Assembly (NCBI GenBank): GCA_035510465.1
Contig: DATKHC010000014.1
Coordinates: 1 to 53,190, forward strand
Reading direction: 5' to 3'
Length of the DNA stretch: 53,190 nt
Source: Candidatus Saccharimonadales bacterium
GTDB taxonomy: Bacteria; Patescibacteriota; Saccharimonadia; Saccharimonadales; DATKHC01
Below, piece by piece: positions 16,025 to 24,350 of the stretch; positions within the stretch are counted from its first letter, which is position 1, and every line of letters begins with the position of its first letter. Position numbers and translations under genes: made by a program. Under the pieces are notes generated by a model that searched no databases, was not told the DNA's origin, and worked only from the letters and a program-made list of their open reading frames with translations.

Positions 16025-16378
16025 CTAATCAGGTTGATTTGGGTCATGAAGTGGAGGAGTAAATTTGACTTGCTCTAAATCACTTAGATCCAGAAGTGTT
16101 GCGAGTCTGCCAATTTTAAATAGCGGGCGTCTATATATTGCTCCTTCAAATCCATCTCTAATCAAAGCGAAGTGCCCTAACGTAAAACCTAAAGAAGATG
16201 AGAGAAGAGTCGCTGGGTCTACACCAGACCTTTCAGCTTCCTGGAGAATTGCGTCAGTCAGTTCACCATCGGGAATTGTAAAATGAAGACCAGAGGGTCC
16301 GTCGCTACCATCCTCTGTCACTTGGACTTGTTCCCTGTAGTCTTTCATGTATCGTATGTTGTCAGGTGTTTCGGCCAT
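16025..16378 (-). CDS. Hypothetical protein (ORFan)
   Basis: 117-aa ORF directly downstream of tRNA-Tyr with its own promoter. Confidence 0.55.
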   Translation of the reverse strand: MAETPDNIRYMKDYREQVQVTEDGSDGPSGLHFTIPDGELTDAILQEAERSGVDPATLLSSSLGFTLGHFALIRDGFEGAIYRRPLFKIGRLATLLDLSDLEQVKFTPPLHDPNQPD

Positions 16379-16387
16379 TATAAGAAC

Positions 16388-16417
16388 ATACTACATCATC
16401 ATTCGTCAGTGTGTCAA
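16388..16417 (-). promoter_or_regulatory. Promoter TTGACA-N18-TAGTAT
   Basis: 9 nt upstream of ATG 16378. Confidence 0.6.
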
Positions 16418-16421
16418 ATAT

Positions 16422-16508
16422 TGGTGCAGGGAGAGGGAGTCGAACCCCCGAAGACATAAAGTCGTCTGATTTACAGTCAGATGCGTTTGACCACTTCGCT
16501 ATCCCTGC
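16422..16508 (-). tRNA. trnY: tRNA-Tyr(GTA)
   Basis: Acceptor GCAGGGA/TCCCTGC, arm TCTGA-CTGTAAA-TCAGA, long variable arm, ACCA end. Confidence 0.95.
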
Positions 16509-16517
16509 ATACTTACA

Positions 16518-16593
16518 TGGAGCCACCTGACGGATTCGAACCGACGACATCCACTTTACAAAAGTGGCGCTCTACCAGCTGAGCTAAGGTGGC
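16518..16593 (-). tRNA. trnT: tRNA-Thr(TGT)
   Basis: Acceptor GCCACCT/AGGTGGC, arm CCACT-TTTGTAA-AGTGG, CCA end. Confidence 0.95.
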
Positions 16594-16632
16594 ATTTTAA
16601 TACAATCAGACGAAGTTTAACAGATGAGAGAG

Positions 16633-17292
16633 CTAAATTACAACTCGGCGTGGCCTAAGAATCCGCTTTGGTCTCGAGGATACTGTTATCATCCTCTTGA
16701 GCTTATCTTGGATCTGATCAGCTTCCGCAACCATACCAAGATCTTCGTATGCTTTTCTAAGAAGCGAAAAACTTTCCTTATTCGGCTCTAACTCAACTGA
16801 CTTTTCTAGCTCATCAATCATCAGTTTGTGGTTGCCCAGCTTTTCTTGTACCTTTGCATATGCAATATGTCTAGCCGCTAGATTATCCTCAAGTTTCAAG
16901 GCTTGCTCAAATGCAATAGCAGCTTTTTCATAATTCTCGGTCTCAAAATAAATAAGGCCCAAGTTATGTAAACTAGAGGCCGTTGGTTCGATAGAAGAAG
17001 CTATCTCAAAGCAGTCGATGGCGTCCTTATACTCTTTCTGCTTAGCGTATAGGATACCTAGACGGTTATAAGCAGGTGCATTCTTAGCATCTATCTTGAG
17101 TATAGTAAGTAGCGCTTTCTCGGCCCTTAACAATCTATTCTCACGCATTCCCTCATGCGCGATGTCCCACAACTGACCCAACCTGTCGCTTATGCGACGT
17201 GGTAAAACCTTTATATCTCTATTCTTTAAGTTAGCTAACAAACTCCAGACAACAAGTACCGCAAAGACAAGGATCAATATCAATTCCAACAT
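16633..17292 (-). CDS. Membrane-anchored TPR protein
   Basis: N-terminal TM; AYNRLGILYAK, SLHNLGLIYFETENYEKAAIAFEQALKL TPR consensus. Confidence 0.85.
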   Translation of the reverse strand: MLELILILVFAVLVVWSLLANLKNRDIKVLPRRISDRLGQLWDIAHEGMRENRLLRAEKALLTILKIDAKNAPAYNRLGILYAKQKEYKDAIDCFEIASSIEPTASSLHNLGLIYFETENYEKAAIAFEQALKLEDNLAARHIAYAKVQEKLGNHKLMIDELEKSVELEPNKESFSLLRKAYEDLGMVAEADQIQDKLKRMITVSSRPKRILRPRRVVI

Positions 17293-17310
17293 ATACTGCC
17301 GATTAGTATA

Positions 17311-18189
17311 CTACAAATTTAAGAATAAATTAGTAAGCGTTAGTTTGATGTTAACGTTAGTATTTAACATTATTTCAGCGTCATTTAAGGCATTTAAACG
17401 GTGATACCAGGCTTTAGCAGACTTACTCGAAGATCCTTGTATAGATTGCTTCATGGCGGCATGAGTTACACGTTTCAGAGCGTAGAGTCGATCACTCAAA
17501 TGTTCTTTATCTTTTACCATCTCATCTATCATCGCGAGTTTACTCAGTCGTGTGCTTTTTAGGATTTTCTTAGCATCTTCAACGTAACCTACTAGCTCTG
17601 ATTCGCTATCACTAGAGAGAATGCTAGACATTAAACCCATATTCCCATTACTGAGAAGGTACGTCTTTACTATGTCGTCTTTTGATTTACCAAGTTTAGA
17701 GAAATGCTCTACTGCTAACTCCTGGCTAGGTCTGGAGATAAATAGTTTTTGGGACCTAGATAGGATGGTTGGTCTAAGCGAATTCTCTGAGCTGGCAGTT
17801 AGTATTATCAGACTGTTTAGTGGTGGTTCTTCTAGAAGTTTAAGTAGTGAGTTTTGAGCCTCGTCTGAGATATTATCAGCATGAATGGTGGCAACTCTAT
17901 TAATTTTAGCTGCACCTGTACTTTTGAGTCTAAAAAACGTCTTGAGTTCTCTGATCTCATCAATTCCAACTGAATTTTTGCTATCACCTATGGACTTGAT
18001 GTTGCCAATCTGTTCTGAGGGATTCTGGTTGGCTCCAATGAGCTCCTTGGCTATTAGTTTTGCTACAGAGGTTCTCCCGCTACCAACCGGACCAAGTATT
18101 ATTAGGGCGTGTGACGGAGATTTAATGAACAGATTCACCGATTTCCGGGTTGAACTAGATATTAGGATGTCATTATTTGTCATCGGCAA
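17311..18189 (-). CDS. holB: DNA polymerase III delta' subunit lacking the Zn module
   Basis: GPVGSGRT, VGIDEIRE, AQNSLLKLLEEPP, LRPTILSRSQ. Confidence 0.9.
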   Translation of the reverse strand: MPMTNNDILISSSTRKSVNLFIKSPSHALIILGPVGSGRTSVAKLIAKELIGANQNPSEQIGNIKSIGDSKNSVGIDEIRELKTFFRLKSTGAAKINRVATIHADNISDEAQNSLLKLLEEPPLNSLIILTASSENSLRPTILSRSQKLFISRPSQELAVEHFSKLGKSKDDIVKTYLLSNGNMGLMSSILSSDSESELVGYVEDAKKILKSTRLSKLAMIDEMVKDKEHLSDRLYALKRVTHAAMKQSIQGSSSKSAKAWYHRLNALNDAEIMLNTNVNIKLTLTNLFLNL

Positions 18190-19039
18190 TTAAATTATAG
18201 AATGAATCGGGTGTCTTAGCCTCGAATTGTTTCTGATCTTTGGGAGGTAACTTTATTTCTAGGCTGTTCGCGTGTAGGTAAAGCCGATCGGCTGGTTTAC
18301 CACCATAAATATCGTCTCCGACAATTGGGTGACCCAGTTTAGCTAGGTGGACTCTAATTTGATGAGTCCTACCTGTTTTAGGCTCAACTCTTAGCATTGA
18401 GTAATTGGGCGACTGCTTAATCACTTTATAGTAAGTTACTGCGTCCTTGCCTACGTTTGACGTCTCAAACAACCGAGCCTTTTTTAGACTTCTAGCTATT
18501 GGCATTTCAATAATAGCTTCAGGCTTCTCGGGATGTCCCGAGACAACTGCTAGGTAGGTTTTAGCGACAATGCGACTAGAGAACTGTTTTTGTAACCATT
18601 TGAGTGATTCTGTATTTTTCGCGGTTATCATCACGCCGGAAGTAGGTCTATCAAGTCTATGTACTATGCCTGCTCGATCTCCATCTAATTTAAGATCACG
18701 CTGCTTAATAAACGAAGCTACACTTGGTTCTGAATTTGAGCTACTGACTGGGTGACTAAGAATACCAGCTGGCTTATCAATTACGATAGTGTCATCGTCC
18801 TCATAGATTATTGGGATATCTATCTCTGGGATCGGCGGCATATCGGAAATATCGTAATCAAGACTTACCTTGTCTGACTTTTTTAGCCTATAACCAGGTC
18901 GAGAGGTCTTTCCATTAACTAAAACCGTGCCATCTTCACAAAGTTTTTGAATAAAAGAACGACTTAGCTGTGGTAGCTTTGAGCCAATAAATAAATCTAA
19001 CCGACTTTTTACATCTTCAGCTATCTCATAAACAGGCAT
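18173..19039 (-). CDS. RluA/RluD-family pseudouridine synthase with S4 domain
   Basis: RLDLF...SRSFIQK; IDKPAG; GIVHRLDRPTSG; TGRTHQIRVHLA. Confidence 0.93.
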   Translation of the reverse strand: MPVYEIAEDVKSRLDLFIGSKLPQLSRSFIQKLCEDGTVLVNGKTSRPGYRLKKSDKVSLDYDISDMPPIPEIDIPIIYEDDDTIVIDKPAGILSHPVSSSNSEPSVASFIKQRDLKLDGDRAGIVHRLDRPTSGVMITAKNTESLKWLQKQFSSRIVAKTYLAVVSGHPEKPEAIIEMPIARSLKKARLFETSNVGKDAVTYYKVIKQSPNYSMLRVEPKTGRTHQIRVHLAKLGHPIVGDDIYGGKPADRLYLHANSLEIKLPPKDQKQFEAKTPDSFYNLIADDK

Positions 19040-19060
19040 TGCAGTAGCCTCCTAAAACCG

Positions 19061-20080
19061 TTAAGGCCTTAGTCCAACAGCCTGTTGAATCTTGAGTAGT
19101 TTTTTATTAGCTATTTTCGAAATTTCTATCTCGTCAGTTTCTAACTTCTTGATTAGATCAGTTTCGTTTACACGGTCAAATTTAGATTGGATATCTGATA
19201 GGGTTTGTTTGACTGCCTCAGCTACGGCGCCTTTTAGCTCCACATAGGAGCTCTTGTTTGCCCAGTCAGCTGTAAGTTTATCGATCGACTGATTAGTAAG
19301 AAGAGCCAGAATTTGAAGCAAATTCGATACACCAGGTTGTTTTTTCCAGTCATAGTTAATCTTGTTAAAAGAATCGGTTGTCGCTGATAATACTTTTTTC
19401 GCAGCCTCAAATGGGTCATCGCCTAATTTAATAGTGCCAGATGGGTCGCTAACACTTTTACTCATTTTCTTATCTGGATTCTTTAGGCTTCGTATTCTGA
19501 CACTGTCGCTTCGACCACTAAACTTGACTTGTTCATCCCACTTAGCAGGTACAACGAATATCTCGCCGAATTTCTTGTTAAGACGCTGAGCTATCTCTCT
19601 CGTGTATTCAATATGTTGCTTTTGATCATCCCCAAGAGGGATATATTTTGCATCGTAAAGCAAAATATCAGCCGCCATAAGGACAGGATAATTAAAAAGC
19701 CCTACATTCGGGCTGGTCTCAGCCTTATCTTTATACTGCGTCATTCTACTCAGCTCGCCCATGCTAGTGAAACAGCTAAGTATCCAAGCTAGTTCAGAGT
19801 GAGCTGGAATGTAGCTTTGTCTATAAAAGTATGTGTTTTCTCCGTTAATATCTAGACCACCGGCTACGAAATATTTAAGATTTGTTATGGTCTGTTTATA
19901 AAGAGCGTCATGATTTATAGGAGTAGTAAAACTGTGTAGGTCGGGCACAAACATGTTAATTTGGGCCTTACCTGCATACTTTTTCTGCAGATTAACCATA
20001 GGTAGGATCCCACCTAGGTAATTACCCAGCTGGAACTCATCATTTGAACGAAGTCCGGTTAAAATAACGTCTTTAGCCAT
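19061..20080 (-). CDS. trpS: Tryptophan-tRNA ligase
   Basis: QLGN (HIGH-like), YPVLMAADIL, GDDQKQH, KMSKS. Confidence 0.95.
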   Translation of the reverse strand: MAKDVILTGLRSNDEFQLGNYLGGILPMVNLQKKYAGKAQINMFVPDLHSFTTPINHDALYKQTITNLKYFVAGGLDINGENTYFYRQSYIPAHSELAWILSCFTSMGELSRMTQYKDKAETSPNVGLFNYPVLMAADILLYDAKYIPLGDDQKQHIEYTREIAQRLNKKFGEIFVVPAKWDEQVKFSGRSDSVRIRSLKNPDKKMSKSVSDPSGTIKLGDDPFEAAKKVLSATTDSFNKINYDWKKQPGVSNLLQILALLTNQSIDKLTADWANKSSYVELKGAVAEAVKQTLSDIQSKFDRVNETDLIKKLETDEIEISKIANKKLLKIQQAVGLRP

Positions 20081-20126
20081 ATATATTAATGATTATATTG
20101 CATTTTTAGACGTTAGTAAGCTATAT

Positions 20127-20525
20127 CTAACGTTTAGCGAATTGTCGTTTCTTACGAGCACCTTTGAGACCAAACTTTTTACGTTCTTTTTCCCTAGGGT
20201 CTCGTCCTAACAGTTCAGCTCGTCTTAGAGTTGCTTTGTAGTCTTCGTTTAACTCAGCTAGGGCCTTGGAAATACCAAGTCCGATTGCTTCGGTTTGACT
20301 ACTTACTCCACCACCTGAGACTTTAGCGCTAACATCCATCTTATTCTCTATTTCAAGTACTGAGAATGGACGAGTTAATTTGCTCATAAGGTACTTAGAA
20401 CTACCTAAATAATCTTCGGCAGCTTTAGAATTTATAGTAATTTGCCCTTTACCAGACTTAAGCCTGACCCTCGCTGTAGAGTTTTTTCGTCTTCCTAGTG
20501 CATAGTGATAATCTGTTGCAGTCAT
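20127..20525 (-). CDS. rpsI: 30S ribosomal protein S9
   Basis: GRRKNSTARV, RDPREKERKKFG...QFAKR. Confidence 0.97.
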   Translation of the reverse strand: MTATDYHYALGRRKNSTARVRLKSGKGQITINSKAAEDYLGSSKYLMSKLTRPFSVLEIENKMDVSAKVSGGGVSSQTEAIGLGISKALAELNEDYKATLRRAELLGRDPREKERKKFGLKGARKKRQFAKR

Positions 20526-20531
20526 AGTAAT

Positions 20532-20969
20532 CTAACCTTTTCCTACACTTATTTTCTCAGGGGACTGGGCAGAGTGTTGATGTTCTGCTCCGGGATATAC
20601 TTTAAGCCGTTTTAACCTCAGTGGTTTTAGCTTATTAACAGGTAGCATACCAGATATTGCTCGAATTATTATTTGAGTAGAGTCTATTTCCATTTGTTCT
20701 GCCAGACTTTTACTGTGAAGCCCGCCCGGATAAGAACTATGTCTGTAATATATTTTATCCGTCATTTTATTGCCTGTAGTAATCAACTTGTCGCTGTTAA
20801 TCACAATAACGAAGTCTCCGCAGTCAATATGAGAGGTAAACATTGGTTTTTCTTTACCGGTGAGCAGTTTGGCTGCTTTTGAAGCGAGTCTACCTAGACT
20901 GACCTCGGAAGCATCAAGTACATACCATTTACGCTCTACTTCAGTTGGTTTGGCTTGATAGGTCTTCAT
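20532..20969 (-). CDS. rplM: 50S ribosomal protein L13
   Basis: WYVLDA, LGRLAS, KIYYRHSSYPGG. Confidence 0.97.
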   Translation of the reverse strand: MKTYQAKPTEVERKWYVLDASEVSLGRLASKAAKLLTGKEKPMFTSHIDCGDFVIVINSDKLITTGNKMTDKIYYRHSSYPGGLHSKSLAEQMEIDSTQIIIRAISGMLPVNKLKPLRLKRLKVYPGAEHQHSAQSPEKISVGKG

Positions 20970-21421
20970 TTGCTTGCTTTCTTTGTCGTCGGCTTAGCTT
21001 CCTTAGCCAGAGTTTCCTTATCAGTGGTTTTTGTTTCCACCGATTTCACTGGAGCTTCACTCAAATTATCGACGAACATAATTTTTGCCATCTGGGCATT
21101 GTCGCCACGACGAAGTGATGTCCGCTCTATTCTAAAGTGGCCACTTGTGCGACCAGTAAGTTTGGGGGCTATCTCATCAACTAGTTTATTAGCTGAGCCC
21201 TTAGTCTGTAATCTGGCCATTATTAAACGTCGATCTTCAAGTTTGCCTGATTTTGCACGGGTAACCAATTTCTCGGTATAGGGAACTACCGCTTTGGCCT
21301 TTGTAAACGTAGTCTCGATTGATTCATTAACAATCAAGGCTTCGGCTAAGCCCTTTATCAGAGCTCCCCTTTGATCAGTTTTACGGTTAAACTTACTGCC
21401 TTGATACCCGTGACGATGCAT
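20966..21421 (-). CDS. rplQ: 50S ribosomal protein L17 with C-terminal tail
   Basis: IETTFTKAKAV, RRGDNAQMA. Confidence 0.96.
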   Translation of the reverse strand: MHRHGYQGSKFNRKTDQRGALIKGLAEALIVNESIETTFTKAKAVVPYTEKLVTRAKSGKLEDRRLIMARLQTKGSANKLVDEIAPKLTGRTSGHFRIERTSLRRGDNAQMAKIMFVDNLSEAPVKSVETKTTDKETLAKEAKPTTKKASK

Positions 21422-21422
21422 T

Positions 21423-22367
21423 TTATAGTTCCAGTTCTGCTAATTTCTCTTTAACTTCGTCCAAAGCCTTGTTGCCAAAACCTTTTAGTTCTCTCAGTTC
21501 TGAATCACTTAGGCTAAATAGGTCACGTAGGGTATGAATGTCATTATTGACAAGGGCGTTAGTCGTTCTAGCTGAAAGATTAAGATCCTCAATTGGTGTC
21601 ATAAGAGTAGATGACTCATCGGTCTCAGCTGAGCTCTCAGCATCACCATCACCTTGGGTTAGAGGAGTTTGCTCAACTCTTGTTTGTCCAGCTAGAGCAC
21701 TGTATTGGTTGATAAGGATAGCTGAAGCTTCTTCAAATGCATCGCGAGGAGTTAGGGATCCATCGGTTTCGATTGTAATGATTAGTCTGTCTAAATCAGT
21801 AATTTGGCCGACACGAGTGTTCTCTACTTTATATCTAACCCTCTTAACGGGGGTAAAGATGGCATCTATTGCAATCATATCAGTGCTTGGCTTATATAAT
21901 GAACCTTCTTCAATGGCTTGGTAACCACGACCAACTTCTACGATTAGGTCCATGACAAAACTAGCCTTCTCGTCATCGATAGTCGCGATGACATGTGAAG
22001 GATTTACAACCTCTACTTCTGAGCTGGCTTTAATATCTTTACCAGTAACCTTACCTTTGCCTTTTTTGCTGATTTGAACGGTTTGTGGGCCTTCTCCGAA
22101 GACTTTAAAGCGTAGATCCTTCAAGTTAAGCATGATATCGACGATATCTTCTTTAACGCCAGGTACGGTAGTAAATTCATGGCTAGCACCATCAATTCTA
22201 AACGAGGTTACGGCTGCTCCTGCGATACTTGACAATAGTACCCTCCGAATTGAATTACCTAGAGTCATTCCATAGCCTGTGTGCAATGGCTCAACGGTAA
22301 ACGATGCACTAAAGTCGCTGTGGTCATCGACTTTGACAATGCTTGGTGTGTGAATCATGTTTGACAT
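21423..22367 (-). CDS. rpoA: RNA polymerase alpha subunit
   Basis: EPLHTGYGMTLGNSIRRVLLSSI, IEDLNLSARTTNAL. Confidence 0.97.
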   Translation of the reverse strand: MSNMIHTPSIVKVDDHSDFSASFTVEPLHTGYGMTLGNSIRRVLLSSIAGAAVTSFRIDGASHEFTTVPGVKEDIVDIMLNLKDLRFKVFGEGPQTVQISKKGKGKVTGKDIKASSEVEVVNPSHVIATIDDEKASFVMDLIVEVGRGYQAIEEGSLYKPSTDMIAIDAIFTPVKRVRYKVENTRVGQITDLDRLIITIETDGSLTPRDAFEEASAILINQYSALAGQTRVEQTPLTQGDGDAESSAETDESSTLMTPIEDLNLSARTTNALVNNDIHTLRDLFSLSDSELRELKGFGNKALDEVKEKLAELEL

Positions 22368-22385
22368 AGTTTCTCCTTAACTTTC

Positions 22386-22997
22386 TTAACGTGAGTAATA
22401 CTCAACTATTAGTTGCTCATTGATATCGGGCTCCGCATCCTCTCTTTTGGGTAATCCGCTAACGCTTACCTTAAACTTTTTACGATCTACTGATATCCAT
22501 TTGGGGATTTCACTTGGAGCTGGGCTTAGTTCATCTATCTCTTTGAAGTAGCTGTTTGCCTTACTAGTTGGCTTAAGTTCAACTACATCGCCTGGTTTCA
22601 AACGAATTGAAGGTACATTAACTCTTACGTCGTTAACCTTAAAGTGTCCATGACTAGATAGCTGACGGGATGCTCGGCGGCTTTTAGCGAAACCTGCCCT
22701 ATAAATAACGCTATCTAAACGTCTTTCTAGGTATTCAAGTAACAGTTCACCAGTTGGACCCGGTTTACTTAGTGCTTCACTCATTAAATTAGCGAATTGT
22801 TTCTCAAGTAGTCCATACAAGCGTTTAACCTTCTGTTTTTCTCTCAGTTGCTGAGCATATTGGCTAGGCGTACTTGGACGTGATTTTGGACCGCCTGGAG
22901 GTGAGGATCGCTTAATCAGAACTTTATGGGCTCTTGGGTGAAGAGCATAGCCTTCACGTCGACTCATTTTTACAATTGAACTTGTATCTCGTGCCAT
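22386..22997 (-). CDS. rpsD: 30S ribosomal protein S4 (no Zn cysteines)
   Basis: QLREKQK, LERRLD, INEQLIVEYYSR. Confidence 0.97.
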   Translation of the reverse strand: MARDTSSIVKMSRREGYALHPRAHKVLIKRSSPPGGPKSRPSTPSQYAQQLREKQKVKRLYGLLEKQFANLMSEALSKPGPTGELLLEYLERRLDSVIYRAGFAKSRRASRQLSSHGHFKVNDVRVNVPSIRLKPGDVVELKPTSKANSYFKEIDELSPAPSEIPKWISVDRKKFKVSVSGLPKREDAEPDINEQLIVEYYSR

Positions 22998-23008
22998 AGT
23001 ATTAGTCC

Positions 23009-23473
23009 TTAAACCCTTCTTGCTTTCCTGGGCCTAGCGCCACCATGTGCTATGGCTGTAATATCGTTTAAGCTATCTACCTGTAAATCTAAGTTTGACA
23101 GAGTTCGAATGGCTGATTCTCGGCCCAATCCAAGCCCTTTAACGTAAATCTCGACTTTAGATAAACCGTGTTGGGATTTAGCCTGAGAAGCTGCTTTTTC
23201 CATGGCTACTTGGGCTGCATAAGCAGTACCCTTCTTTGAACCTCGGAATCCTGAAGCACCGGCACTAGCTGAGGTCAGTGTGCCGCCATTTGGATCTGTG
23301 ATAGTCACGATGGTGTTATTGAAAGTTGCTTTGATATGAACTTGACCAGTACTGACTGTTCGCTTGCTTTTTTTCTTCTTAGGCTTAGGCGTTGGCTTCC
23401 CGTCATCAACTGGGGTAGCTTGATCTACCTCTTCGGCTGTTTCTAATACTTTATCTAGTTCTTCTTTTGCCAT
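23009..23473 (-). CDS. rpsK: 30S ribosomal protein S11 with N-terminal extension
   Basis: ATFNNTIVTITD, GFRGSKKGTAYAA. Confidence 0.97.
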   Translation of the reverse strand: MAKEELDKVLETAEEVDQATPVDDGKPTPKPKKKKSKRTVSTGQVHIKATFNNTIVTITDPNGGTLTSASAGASGFRGSKKGTAYAAQVAMEKAASQAKSQHGLSKVEIYVKGLGLGRESAIRTLSNLDLQVDSLNDITAIAHGGARPRKARRV

Positions 23474-23503
23474 ATCTTTAAAATTCCGTTAGGTCTTACT
23501 TGA

Positions 23504-23890
23504 CTAAGTCTTAGTTGCAGGCTTTCTGTTAGTACCACCAACTGTTACACGCTTACCACGACGAGTCCTGGCATTAGTTCTGGTTCTCTGACCTCGGCTA
23601 GGTAAATTTAGCTTATGGCGTAGTCCTCGGTAGCTTGAGATATCTTTTAGTCGCTTAATATTGCCTGTGACTACTCTTTGTAGCTCACCTTCGACAATAA
23701 AGTTGTCATTTATGGCGTCCTGGATCTTTGACAGCTCAGGATCGCTCAGGTCTTTTACTCGTACGGTTGGATCAACCTTAACCGAACTTAAGATATCGCT
23801 ACTTATTTTTGGACCAATTCCGTAGATATATGTTAGTGCCACACCCACTTGTTTCTTATCTGGAATTACTACACCGGAAATTCTAGCCAA
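23504..23890 (-). CDS. rpsM: 30S ribosomal protein S13 (TTG start)
   Basis: ALTYIYGIG, RGQRTRTNARTRRG. Confidence 0.97.
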   Translation of the reverse strand: MARISGVVIPDKKQVGVALTYIYGIGPKISSDILSSVKVDPTVRVKDLSDPELSKIQDAINDNFIVEGELQRVVTGNIKRLKDISSYRGLRHKLNLPSRGQRTRTNARTRRGKRVTVGGTNRKPATKT

Positions 23891-23894
23891 TTTT

Positions 23895-24011
23895 CTACCC
23901 CTGTCTCTGCTTATGGCGAGGTTTAAGTTTATTGATTATATAAACCCGTCCTTTACGACGGACGATCTTATCATCTGGACTTATTTTCTTGACGCTAGCA
24001 CGAACTTTCAT
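23895..24011 (-). CDS. rpmJ: 50S ribosomal protein L36, Zn-free form (below the ORF-track length cutoff)
   Basis: Manual translation: [38 protein letters not shown]. Confidence 0.96.
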   Translation of the reverse strand: MKVRASVKKISPDDKIVRRKGRVYIINKLKPRHKQRQG

Positions 24012-24061
24012 AGAAGCCACTCTTCCTCGCTTAATGGTTTATTTTGGTGGATAATGTTTGT

Positions 24062-24280
24062 TTATTTGCGATAGGTTATGCGACCCTTAGTCAGATCGTA
24101 AGGTGTCAATTCAACCGTCACGCTGTCGCCGGGAACTAATTTAATATAATGCTTGCGCATTTTACCCGCGACGTGAGCTATAATCCGATGTCCGTTTTCG
24201 AGCTCAACTCTGAACTGTGTTCCAGGCAACGCCTCGACAATAGTTCCATTAAGTTCGATTACTTCCTTGTTTACGGCCAT
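24062..24280 (-). CDS. infA: Translation initiation factor IF-1
   Basis: [28 protein letters not shown]. Confidence 0.97.
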   Translation of the reverse strand: MAVNKEVIELNGTIVEALPGTQFRVELENGHRIIAHVAGKMRKHYIKLVPGDSVTVELTPYDLTKGRITYRK

Positions 24281-24286
24281 ACAGAT

Positions 24287-24339
24287 ATAACAGAGCCCAA
24301 TTATAGCAAAACCACCTCAATCTGTCAAAGCTCTGTTAT
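24287..24339 (-). promoter_or_regulatory. Consensus promoter TTGACA-N17-TATAAT (24328-24300) enclosed in a perfect 10-bp inverted repeat
   Basis: ATAACAGAGC at 24287-24296 and GCTCTGTTAT at 24330-24339. Confidence 0.8.
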
Positions 24340-24350
24340 TTTTTTTGGTT

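Noticed and set aside
20020-20070. Defective TrpRS because HIGH reads QLGN
   Set aside because: The first HIGH position is variable in TrpRS (E. coli has TIGN) and KMSKS is intact.
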